A stretch of 64,000 bases of DNA from Marsupella aquatica (Eukaryota > Plantae > Marchantiophyta): positions 19,072,805-19,136,804 of the forward strand of contig OZ316894.1 in NCBI GenBank assembly GCA_973895155.1, given 5' to 3'. The notes under the pieces were generated by a model, which was given only the letters and a program-made list of their open reading frames with translations, was not told the origin of the DNA and ran no database searches. Shown one piece after another: positions 1 through 11,724 of this stretch (positions are counted from its first letter, which is position 1; each line of letters begins with the position of its first letter). The translations under genes were made by a program, and so were the position numbers.

Positions 1-757
1 GCCTGAGAATCTGCTAACTTAGGGAGCATAGGAGTAGAGGCTAAGGCAGCCTGTAGAGAGTCAACGATGAAAGAGGAGCAAAAGGAGGCGATACCGACTG
101 GGGAGCCAAGGACCCGAAGACCATCGGTTGGACGTAAGAACCTTGGGGGAAGCGCAAGATCAGAGGGTAACCTAGCTGGACTCCATGCACGACTCTTCAC
201 AGGCTGAACTCGTAAACCGAGGCCCATCAAATGGGTGGAAAGAGTGGCGAGGGCAGAAGTAACCGCGGCAGGAGGACCAATGATGTGGGTGTCATCTGAA
301 AGGGAGGGGAAGATACACTGGGGGTGGGCCATGGCGGCTTCCCGTAAAGCTGTAAAATGGGCAATGGCAAAAAGAGGCCCACCCAAAGGGTCACCCTGAC
401 GAGTACCTTCTGCAGAGGAAAGAGTGGTATACACACCTATAGAGGAGTGATGACTATAGAAGAGTGGGGCCTCGAGTCCATAAAAATAATGGACAAAGGG
501 GATCAGGGACTGGATGTCTGGATCCGCCACCCTCAAAGCACGAAAAATGGCTGCCCGAGAAACCGTATTAAAAGCGTTAGAGACATCAACCTGGAGGACT
601 ACCCAATCAGGGTGGAGGTCCAAGGTAGCTCGAATACCCGCAATAACTGTCTCACAACCATCAGGAACGCCAACTGCAAACTGATGTGGAGAGAGATGAT
701 CCGATAGTGCAGAGCGAAACTGCGAGGAAAGTGTGCGAGACACAAGCCGAAGAAAAG
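1..757 (-). mobile_element. Non-LTR retrotransposon reverse transcriptase fragment, CRE/SLACS-like; 5'-truncated, continues beyond the left edge
   Basis: Manual minus-strand translation is open from ~757 to 1: LRLVSRTL..HLSPHQFAVGVPDGCETV..HPDWVVLQVDVSNAFNTVSR..GTRQGDPLGGPLFA..FPSLSDDTHIIG..GLRVQPVKS..GLRVLGSPVG. This carries the non-LTR RT motifs DxxNAFN, QGDPL, xxDD and LG. It is absent from the ORF track because there is no stop codon in the window. Confidence 0.88.
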
Positions 758-2974
758 CAGGCTGGAAAAAGTTGGACTGACATAATTGGTGAAATTCATA
801 GCAGGCTGAGCCATGCCTACCTTCTCATCTTTCTAGTTGTTCTTTGGTTCTCCTTGAGCCACTGATTCATTGAGAAAAGGACAACAGAAATCATGGGCAA
901 GGGTTATGCACTAGTACTTGCATAATTAAGTGTATAGCTGATGACAATCCAAAAAACTCTCTGAGATTATTCCAAAAATGAATTCATCGCTACAAGGAGC
1001 AGGGTAGTCAAAGTGTAGCACTTTGATATGAGTTGCACATTTCACTTGAGGCCCAAGTTCTGAATATTACTGGGACTTGCGGCTCTCTTCCGGAACTTTC
1101 AGGTGCGACATTTAGAATAAAATAATCATGAGGTGGAAAACCTGCCCCAAATTTTATTTCCAAAAGTGGCAAGTCTACTTATACATTAGAGACACTGGAA
1201 ACACCGTATGTAGTTGGTCTCTTCTAGGCTTTGGCCTCAAGCTAGCTAACCGTAGCTCTCACTTTGGCTTAGGCTGCTACGTTGGGTACCTCTCATTTTT
1301 TCTCCTACCTGAGCTCCTACCTAGGGTGATATCTCGCCTTCTAGGGTTGTGCTTAATACCTGACCCACAAATTGCACGGGGAGGGCTTGTTCTTTACCCA
1401 ATTGGCTTTTATGGAATAAAGTTCCAGGCCTTCTATGCCTTTCATAAAATTAAAAAATTAAAAAGAAAATTCATTGGAGACATTGTTTTAATGGTATGAG
1501 TGTTGTGAAAACCCAGTGAGGGATATACTTATAACATACCTAATCTAGGAGTCATCTTGCATGAGACTTCTCACCCTACTGTCCCCTGGCCCACACATCT
1601 GGAAAAACACTGGTGCTTCTAACGTGAGTGACAGGAGGTGTCAAGAAGACACTGACTGATAACCTCAGTCTTTGTTGTTTCTGAAAAGTTCCTACAAAGA
1701 ATACAGATGAACTAGCAAAGAACAGCAAAATAGAAGAGTAGCTAGCAACGACCATTGAAGTAAGACCTTGATCTTGGAGGTCTCACCCAATATAGATATA
1801 TGTATCACGTTCAACTGGTTACTTTCCTCGTATGTTTCTCCTGCACACTTGTTCATTTTTGGGTCATTTAGAACTTACTGTGTTTTCTAGGACAACTGAC
1901 ATGCCAGACGGCCCTAAACCCAACTTAAGCTGTCAATTGAGAAATATGAAAAAAAAATCATTGCCATTCCTTCCAAGTTTGAATATCTTTACCTTAGGTC
2001 CACTTCCCGTGTTGTGCTTTGAAGCCCCAACACTATATGTTGTTTCTTGGAATGGAATTCTTTGAAATAGTTTGAGGCCAAAAACCTTAGCAGAACTTCC
2101 CACATGAGCAACATGTGCCTTCCACCAAGGTATAATAGTATGGCATCTCATCAAACCAAAACAAGCATGTTCTTATTTTGGCTGCCTTCATTCCAAGGCT
2201 TAGCTTCTACCTTAGCACCAGCCTCACCGGCTTCTACCACTCGGATGCACCCCTGGTGTTATCCCTCCATTTTGTGGGCCACCCTGCTGAATAAGTCGCT
2301 TTTGGATAGAATTCAACTAAATGTGTCAAGGCAGAAAAGACAAGCATGTTGTTCAAACGCCTGATTTGCACTAAATGGAATGTCACAAAGTGGCCCTCCC
2401 CTCCTCAGAATGATCCCTCCCCACTCTCTTGTTACTGTTTGATATGCAATGCAATCATCATTCACTCCATCCAGATGTACGCAACATGCCCTTCAGCTGC
2501 AGTTTGCATGCTTTCATCCAGCGTCTTTTAGTGGCCAAATTTTGCCAGATTTTTGGATCCCATTAACCACGTTTTCTCACAAAGTGGTTTTATTATTAAA
2601 AAATCACCAGACCAATAGCCAGTTTCCCACGAGAAACAGGCCCAGCCAAATTTAGCCAAAATCCTAGGTTGGCAAAACTTAGGCAGATATCTGGATTCCG
2701 TCAGACACTTTTTCTCACTAGTTTTTATTAAAAACTAAAACAACACACCATTAGTCTGTTTCCCACCTGCAACAACAGGGCCCATTAGCCACAATCTGAT
2801 GGCTCTCTATGTAAACTAATTTGAAAAATCTACTGGTCAAATTAAGTTTCGGCAATTTAGTTTTGCATTTCCTTTTTGACACAAGGTAACATTTGCCACC
2901 CTGGTAGATTTTGGAAACCTCGAAATTACTCTGGTTTGATCACTAGATGATAATCTTTACTCCAGCTGATTCTT

Positions 2975-3170
2975 TGGTGGCAACAGTTTGCCAAATTCCA
3001 CCACACTGAAAAGTCTTGGCCAAAACTCGCCAAGGTTTTCTGTTCAATTAGCCAGTTTCCTACCTAGCCACGTCAGTCAGAACCTGACAATCATACTAAA
3101 ATCTAGGAGATCTAAGAGTCAGAAATTAATCTAGCAAAATTAGATAAGGAACATTCTTAACAGCTTCTCC
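2975..3170 (+). repeat. Copy of a dispersed ~200-250 bp repeat family
   Basis: Motifs GCCAGTTTCC(C/T)ACCTAG(C/T)CAC and AAATTAGATAAGGAA..AGCATCTTCTC recur at ~2617, ~2752, ~8460(-), ~10705(-), ~31530-31740(-), ~34600-34790 and ~41935-42125. Confidence 0.6.
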
Positions 3171-4267
3171 TTCACACAAGCTGACATTAGCCACCCTCGC
3201 CCAAAAAAGAAAACCCCTAAAAAGATGACCCTGATGATATGGCATGGTCATCCTGGAACGTGCATAACTTTTTCTGTCGTAGTGAACCGTTAATTAATGA
3301 CACTAGAGGACTCCGAAGAGTCAACACGATTACGGTACTACAGGAAGAAGCAATGCAGCAAAAGAGCTACAGGACTAATTAACATTAAAGCTTCATCTTC
3401 GTCGTCGTCATCGTAGAGCACAAAATAATAATAAGAGCGTCCCTCTATTTGAGGAGGCAGGCAAACTCTTCGCGTTCCCCAACGCACATTCGTTCGGATC
3501 ATCGTCCAAGACAAATCAAAGCTCCCGAAGTTGTCCGAACACCTATATATGGTCCGCTTCCTGACGAAACTCCATCATGCCCAAATCTTTCCTGCGAAAT
3601 CCGAATCCCCCCGGATCTGCCCACCGGCAGGCACAGTCACCTACCTACTGAAACTACAGGAACGCACCCAACTCTTTACTGCATTGCAAATTATAACAAA
3701 CTCACTCTACACTCTCCAATCCTCCGCAGCAGCTTCTACTGTATCTGACTGTCTTGGCTCGGCAACAATTGAACGAACTGCAGACACGACAGTCTCTCCA
3801 TTATCTCTACGTGGTTTCGTAGAGTACTTCGTAAACATTGTACTGGAAATAGCAAACAATGATCAATCTGTCTGACGCTCGAGTGTTGTTATGATGGCCT
3901 TCGGGCAAACACATGACCAGACTTGGGACACGATACTCTACCTCTGCATTCCATAATTTTGAGTTGTTGTTGTCCTTCATTTCCCCCCAAATAGGAGGTG
4001 AGTAGGAATCAATTGATCAACTTGTCTGACTAGAGGGTGTTTTTTCTGGCGCTGGTGCAAACACATCACCCAGACTTCAGACACGAAACTCTATCTATCC
4101 ATTCCACACATTGTTGTTGGTGTTGTTCTCCTTCCCCTCACAAATTGGAGGTGAGTGGAATTGCACAAGTGGCCCATTGTTCAATCTCCCCATTCTCCTC
4201 GTGCAGGGCCATGTGTTGGGCTGAGTGCTAGCATAGTTTCCTCTGATCCCTACCATGTGGGCTCTCT

Positions 4268-4975
4268 TCCCTGTATGTAACCATTGCAAGCTAAACCCAA
4301 GTGATTATCCACATTTGATTTCTAGACAAAATAGCCCAATGAAAATGATCAAGTGGGGTCGCTTCAGGTGTAATTTTCCCTATATGAAACCATTGGAATG
4401 CACTATGACCTGAGGGGTCATTCCACATCTATTTTTAGAGACACAAAAGTCAGAGGCAAATGATCATGTGGGGTCTCTTAGGGTGTAAAATGTCCTCTAT
4501 GTAACCATTGCAGTGGAGAATGACCAAAGTGATCACCTGCTTTTGTTTTTGAGACAAAAAGGCCCAAGCAAATGATCTTGTTGGGTCCCTCCTGTAATTT
4601 TCCCTATATGTAACCAGTGCAATTGAGAATGACATTAGTGATCGTCCACACTTGTTTTTGAGACAAAGAAAACCCAAACCAAATGATCATGTCACTGGGT
4701 CTCTTTAAGTGTAATATGCCCTATGTATATGTAACCAATGCAGTTGAGAATGACCTGAGTGAGTGATCCACATTTGTTGTTGACACCAAAATAAAGTAAT
4801 GCTCATGTGGGGTTTCTTTGGGTGTAATTTTCCCTATAAGTAACCGATAATGGTCAATGACCTGAGTGATCGTCAGTATTTGCTTTCAACAACTCAATAA
4901 CACACCCAAAGCAAATGATCATATTGGACAAAGCCCAAAATAAAATGATCATTTTGGTTTGGGTGTGTATTTTGT
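4268..4975. repeat. Diverged tandem array, ~110-120 bp unit, ~6 copies
   Basis: Recurrent blocks TATGTAACCA.TGCA, GAATGAC, AAATGATCATGTGGGGTC and GTGTAATTTTCCCTAT at regular spacing. Confidence 0.8.
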
Positions 4976-6519
4976 CACAATTTTATTTGGTACACCCAAA
5001 TAAAATGAAAGACATTGTAAAATTTATCATTTATGTCTTTCATTTTTATAATGTCTTTCATTTCCACTTAGCACATATGAGCTCATATTCAAAAGGTTAA
5101 ATTCAAACGATGTTGAGAAACATGGGGTATGTGGCTACAAAAGCCAAAAGCTAGGTCCCATTTTGGAATGGACGGAGGGTGTTGAACAATTGTACCAGTA
5201 ATGAAATAAACCACAACATACTCTGAATTGAATAATGACCACTGCTTACACTCTTGGGCTGAAGATGGGAGTATGATGGTTTTGGGGCAAAACACCTGGT
5301 ACAGTTTAAATTTGCATCACTGCTAACCAAGGGCATAACTTTGTTCCTTGACCTCCACTTGATGGAACTAACATCAGGATGATGTGCATGCAGGCTACTC
5401 CCTCTTAGTCCTGAACAACTTAGGGCTAGTCAGAGAGCTATTGTGTTGGATTTGGGGTAGTCAAAGTTAAACCCTGTAGCAGTACCTGACAGCTCAACAG
5501 CCCAGTGCAATGGTTTAACAGGACTCGTGAACATACATAGAGCTGGAAGTGGCAAACCATTGAAAGCTTGCATGGGCCCCCCCATAAACAGAGAACCTAA
5601 GTTGGACGGGGTGGGATGGATATATGAGGCGATGTAAACACAACCATCACACATAAACTGTTTTTTGCATTGCACAGCAAACTCAAATACAAAGAGCTTC
5701 CTAGACAAAACCTAAACAAGGAACCAGCAGGAAGCCCAGAAAATGCTACACAAAGCAACACTACACCAAAGAATGGAAGAGAGGCAACAGATTTTTGTCA
5801 CTGTTGGAGGGTTTCTCCTTTGCAAGCATCTGGGTCAAATGGGATCTCCATCCAAAGTTTCAAGCTCAAACGGGATCCCAAAATGCTCTTTGTATGAAAA
5901 TTAAACTTTGTTACCTTAAATTCATGTCATCCTAGTTAAGTGCACCTTTTCATAGACCTCATGCAAGCTTAAGAATCTTATGGAAGCCAATTTATGGTTA
6001 AAGGACGGAATCCCATCTGAGCTTCTAGTTTGGATTCCCTCACTTCAACTATGTTTTTATAGATTGTCCTGTGAATGGGGACCTGTGCACTTGGATGGGA
6101 TCTCCATCCCAAACTTTTTGCTCGTGTAGGACTTCTAAGTTTTCTTTATTCAAACCTATATTTTCACTAGGAGAACATGATTCAGATCAATTTCTCTCAA
6201 GGATTCTCCTATGCTGTTTCCAGAGCATTACCAGGCTTTCATTTTGTCACTCAGTAAGGCTTTAGTTCTTTTGTTGTCGTCTGGGACTAATCACGCTTTT
6301 GGCATTTGGACTTCCTGGGTTTTCCCCTGGTTTTCTCCACTTCAATGGTCTCCTGTCTTTGGGATCCTATCTCCACGTTAGGCATTTTTGGTTTTTTGAC
6401 AATACATACTAAGCCAGACTTTCTTACAAAGGTTAGAATGGAGATCCCATCTGAGCTTAGAGCTGCACGGCATGTAGTTGCCCCTCACTTTTGCAGCCCT
6501 ATTGAGTATCTGGCATCAT

Positions 6520-6631
6520 ATTATGTACAAAGAATTTCATGCCTGAACCCCCTTCATTATCCAGGCAGCATGCAATTATGTACAAAGAATTTCATGCCTG
6601 AACTCCTTCATTATCCAGGCAGCATGCAATT
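6520..6631. repeat. Tandem duplication, ~55 bp x2
   Basis: ATTATGTACAAAGAATTTCATGCCTGAAC..CCTTCATTATCCAGGCAGCATGCA at 6520 and 6575. Confidence 0.9.
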
Positions 6632-7744
6632 AAACCACCACTAGCCATGACAAAAACCTGTTTACACCATAAATAGTATCATTTCTTGAATTTGTGGAGC
6701 AACATGGAAAGGGAGAGGAGTAGAATAAGAGGAAAGTGAAAAAGGGAGAAGGCTTGGACACTTGGCCCTTTATATGGCTAGTGTGGTTTAAAGTGGAGAC
6801 TGAGGGCAAGGCTAGATACTTTCTGGCCCTTGAGGTCTTGGCATGTGAAAGTGCAATAAAACAGATTAACTCTTTTTACACTTTGCTGTGAAACATGCCT
6901 GGCTCAGTGACATGTAACAGCACCATAAATTGCTTGTGGTGCATCCTTATGCTCTTTTCCCAGCAGTTGCTGGAGTTTGAGGGTCGCAAAACTGAGGGCC
7001 TACTGCATGCAAGACCACTCTGGGAAGGGGCTGCTCCCCTATCACCAGCCAACACGTACACCACCACCTTACATGGAATAGTTCCTCACCCTCGTGCGTT
7101 GTTTCCTGCCTTAGTCACATTTAAAACAAGGAGGTAGCCCATGTGGGGATCCATGTGGACATATCTCCTATAAGCTAAATCTGGCTAAAATGACAACACA
7201 TTGAAGGCTGGAAAATAAAGGAAACGCCCCTTCCATTCAAAGGAGTGGACATAGTAATAAGATGCCATTAAAAACAGAAAAAGCGCTCGCTCCTTAGGGA
7301 GACTTTTCTAATATGGTCCGACAACTAGAATTAGACACATATAAAAGAACGGTGGCAGGTGAACGAAACCTCCCAAGGCGTGCGAAACCTCTCATAACCT
7401 GTCGGTGGTGATGAGCTTCCCCCAATCCCCCTTCCATGTGGTCTCCTTCCTGCCTCCCTAGCTGGGGACAAGCAGAAACATGAGGAGTAATGCTGCTGCT
7501 GCTTCCGTAATGCGTCAACTATTGCATTGGGTGGGACCTTCAGATCTGGTGGTCTCGTCTCATCTCATCTCATCGCACCTCATCTCGTCTGGTCTCGTCC
7601 AGTCTGGGTCTGGGTCGGGTCGGGTCTGCACTGCAGTGGTCTGCACTGTCGATCGCCCAGAATTTCAGTCTTCCAGAGGTGTATGAATCATGAGTAGAGG
7701 ATGAGTTCATCGTTACCAAAGCAAATTCACACGAAATTCAGTCG

Positions 7745-8105
7745 CAGCATTCGAATTACAGCCATCGAAGATAATGTGGATCGACGATGTCTGACAGTCA
7801 TGTTCGAGTGTTGGCCATGGAGCTCCGGTTGGCATCTTGTTCATCACTCTCAAGCCTTTCAACTTCATCGCTCTCCTGATCATGAGTCCAAAGGGGGCAG
7901 GATACCGAAAAAAGGCTCACGAGCAATTCGAATTACAGGTTCTCGGCTCCTCGGCTCCTCGGCTCCTCGCCATCCATATGTCGATGCCGTCTGACAGTCA
8001 TGTTGGACATTGAGCTACGGTTGGCATCTTGTTCATCACTCTCAACGCCATCCCTCTCCAGAGTCCACTCCCGAGGGTAGGATTCCGAAGAGTCTCACGA
8101 GCAAA
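7745..8105. repeat. Diverged tandem duplication, ~180 bp x2
   Basis: ATTCGAATTACAG, GTCTGACAGTCATGTT, CGGTTGGCATCTTGTTCATCACTCTCAA and CTCACGAGCAA each occur twice in the same order. Confidence 0.75.
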
Positions 8106-10166
8106 CTTGTAGAAGTCCGTTGTCCTTGCATTCCAATTTGAAGATCGTGATCCTTTCCTTGGGCTCACAATTAATGGAACAATAACATTTTGTCCCGGTC
8201 CTGGAATTGCGCCATGTGCGTAACGATGTGCTCAATTCCATGCGGATACCATTCTCGAACTGAGGTCAGCAGTAATGGCGACCACCACCACAACATTTGG
8301 GGGCCCAATGTTTCACTGTAGCGAGTCACACTCGAGGCGTGCAGAACATGGGAGGGTGGGAAAACAGTTGTGTCGAGGGTTCCATGGAAGGGGCAGTGGG
8401 CAGGGTAGTTTTTAACCTTGGGTTTTTCTTTCTTGCAAGGGTGGCTAATGGAACCTTGCCTAATGGGGTCTGTGGCTAGGTGGAAAACAGGCTCATGGAA
8501 GACAAAAGAACCTAGCTAATTTTTGCCAAATGTGGCAAGGATTTTTCAAAGAGGTGGAGTTTGATGGATTTTTTCCACTGTAGAAATGATGGTAGTGGGT
8601 GCACCTGGAAACAATTCTGGAGGTTAGAACTGGCTTATAACATGGCAACCGCAATAGTTGGGGGCCAATGTAAGGTGTGCTGAAAAGGGAAGGGAACAAG
8701 AGTTGTGTCTGGATTCCATGGCATGGGTATAGACTGGGTACCCGTAGAAACCATTCCAGAGGTCACAAAATGGCTCATAACATGGCAAACACAAAATTTT
8801 GGGGGTCCAACAGGAGGACTCAAAGGTCAAGCCACTTTAAGTTTTGGGAGGTATGTGGTAGCCTCAGAACCAGGCTAATGGCTCACCAGGTTGAATCAAA
8901 TATGAGAGACGTTTGTGATGTAAGTACATACTTAGTACTTCATAGCATACAATATTGGACCCCCAAGCAACGAAGCAACTGTACTGAAAATAACCTAATA
9001 TGGGCCGGGTTACACCTGCTCCACAGCAAACTTGCTATAGCACCTCCTTTCACCCTTTCTCTTGGACAGTGAACCTTCAAGTGTGAGCACAAGTTTGTGT
9101 TCCCCTTGGATATACCCCCTCCCATGGTCTATGAGAACCTAACAAGACAACCATCAAGGTCTAATGTTGTCCATTGTTGAACAATCATAGGATAAGAACA
9201 TGAAGAGTGAAGAGGGAACATGATGGTGTTGTGCGCAAATGTTCAATGTTGGGCCTCATCCAGTTAACCTTTTGTGTTGGCCCCATCAAGCAACTATCAA
9301 GTTCAAAGTGGTGGTTCCCCATTGCAATTTGCAAATTGCACTTTTGAATGAATTTGGATAATACAGTATAGCATGACTTCCTACTTAGTTCCAAAAACTA
9401 TTGTAAGACATACAACTTTTACACTAGCCATGCACATTCATTTGACATCAACAATTGGTGGGAACAAAAAGAAGGTCATTTAGCTTCCCACCTCAGCAAT
9501 GGTATGTTTCTGCCCCTCATAGCTAGAGTCACGCCTGGAGTCACACTCTACAGGCTTCCTTCTAGACCATAGAGTAGCCTCCCACTCTTTGAAACTAGGT
9601 GAGGACAAAAAAGACCTTGAACAAAATAAACTCCCTATTGTCAACCCTTCAGGTTCAAATGTTGTTAAATGACTTGTCCCAAATACCTCCCTGTTTTCCA
9701 CCTGTACCCCCTCACCTGTAGCTGTGGCCCAGAGTCAAGGTCTAGGGCTTCTATCTAGACAATAGGCCATGCCAGTATCTTTCCATAGTGGTTATATACT
9801 TAGATCACACTACCAACATTTCAAATAAATTCTTATTCATTCAATCATTCAACTAAGTTGGTGACTACCTGATGTCTGTCACCAATTCGCTGGTAGAGTC
9901 CAAACTGGTCCTTCTAAGAAACATAGCCTTAGGTACATCTCTTCAGGTTACTCTAATCTTCAAAGAAGGGAAATAGATCAGTCAATTTCTGCTACTCTAA
10001 TTTTCAGGTGTTTAAGCTTTGGAATCCTGCTGTTCCTGCAAAGAGCGACAGAGTAAAGATTCCACCTGTCACTCTGGAATTGTGTTCTCTCTTCTTTTCT
10101 TCTTAGAAACTAGGTTTTTCTAGACTGCCACCTCTTTTGGTGAACTTGACTAGCAACCTTAATAGA

Positions 10167-10362
10167 CAAGAAAAGACTTAACAGGACCCCTTTGGCATCT
10201 CCTGGACTTAACCAGACCGTTGTGAATAAGATCCCATCAAGGCCTGGGCAAGATGGGCAGTCACAAGGGGTCCTGTTAAGTCTTCATGGCATCTTGCTGG
10301 GTTGTTAAGTCTAGGAGATGCCAGAGAGGAGATGCCAGAGGGTCCTGTTAAATCTTTTCTTG
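10167..10362. mobile_element. MITE-like inverted-repeat element, ~196 bp
   Basis: CAAGAAAAGACTTAACAGGACCC (10167) is the reverse complement of GGGTCCTGTTAAATCTTTTCTTG (10340-10362) with 1 mismatch. TGGCATCTCCT/AGGAGATGCCA forms an inner pair. No target-site duplication seen. Confidence 0.6.
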
Positions 10363-11686
10363 CTTTATAGATGAACTATTACAGCCCCACTTCTTTCTGC
10401 CATGGATTAAGTGATTTGAAGATGGTCAACCTTAGAAGATCCTATGGCCCTGAGATTGCCACATTGGAAAATCTAACAGTTCACATCACCCTCTGAGCAG
10501 GGTTTGAGGGGGGGCACCTACTGTGGGGGCAGAGGAGGGCAACCAGGAAATAGGGAGACAATAGAGGGTGGGGTGGAACATGCAGGTAAGGCAGAACCCG
10601 CACTAAAGGACCAGTCTTGGGGGTGTGTGAATGTGACCTAAGGAGAATGGAAACCATCAAAATTGTTCAATGTGAAATCTCAGCGCCATCTCTCTTGTGT
10701 GCTAATTGGGTCTGTGGCAAGGTGGGAAACTGGCGAATCAAAGACAAAATGCCAGGCTAGTTTTTGTGAAAATTGACAAACTTTTCTGTTAGGAGAGGGG
10801 GGGGGGGGTTTTGCTACTAAAATTGCTGCCAATACAAATATCCATAACTCTTGTAATTGTTTTGGTGCAATATCTATAAAAAAAGCTCTTAAGATTTAAT
10901 CTATCAGTAAAGTTGCTTAGCCAGACATGACTGGTGGCTTGTCTTAACAAAGAGTGGCACTAAATGAAGGACACAGCACAAACAAAAAATTTGCGCAAAA
11001 ACATTTTTGGCAACCAAACCCATGTTATTTTTTCCAAAAGCAAGCACCAACACGTGTAAAAGTAGTGAGTTTACTGAAAGGTGTGTTGAGGCTTCACTTT
11101 CTATCAAATTGGATTCCCAAAGGAGGAAAAAGGTAAGGGTGAGGCAAGCACAACTCTCCTGAAACGCGTCCAAAATTAGGTTTGAGACTCAATGCCATTT
11201 GTGAAAACATTTCCAATACTCACAACGGCAGATGGGTTTTAGGGTGATGAGTGAAGTGCACGCCATGATTTGATCTTGAACCCATGCCATGGCACAACTG
11301 CTCGTTGTACTATTGCAGACTTGCAGTCGCCAAAAAACCCAAAAGGGGAAAAGGTGCGGAAGTACTCGAGAGACTTCAGCATGGTCTGCTCTGAGAGAAG
11401 GTGTAAAGTTCTTCAACGCCAAAGCCCACCAAAACCGTCCTGACGATATCATGATTAGTCCTTCCCCTTCGCTCACTAATGTCAAGAGTCTTTCCCACTT
11501 TTCTCATCAATAATGTGGAGAGTGAGTAGCCTCATTATTACTTTTTCGTATTTTTAACCCCTGGCATGATTCTGATCAGGCACCTCCATTCTCGTGTATG
11601 TTCTGCAGCGCATAGGGTCCAATAATTGACCGTGATTACTTATTATTAGCACTGATCGCTTCCAGAGAAAGAAAGCCCAGAAACGC

Positions 11687-11690
<4 letters not shown>

Positions 11691-11722
<32 letters not shown>
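11691..11722. repeat. (CT)16 microsatellite
   Basis: Read directly. Confidence 0.95.

Positions 11723-11724
<2 letters not shown>

Noticed and set aside
227-814. ORF-track proteins at 227-436, 357-707 and 599-814
   Set aside because: They are alternative or antisense frames of the reverse transcriptase.
4268-4975. CRISPR-like periodicity here and in other arrays (34.35, 35.7, 38.3 and 52.7 kb)
   Set aside because: Whole units are homologous, so there are no unique spacers. There are no cas genes and the context is eukaryotic.
6003-6458. Two ATCCCATCTGAGCTT sites resembling the dual miR390 sites of a TAS3 locus
   Set aside because: Both sites mismatch miR390 at the cleavage position, and no tasiARF or tasiAP2 sequence is recognisable between them. 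A related motif occurs inverted at ~5862-5880, which points to a repeat.
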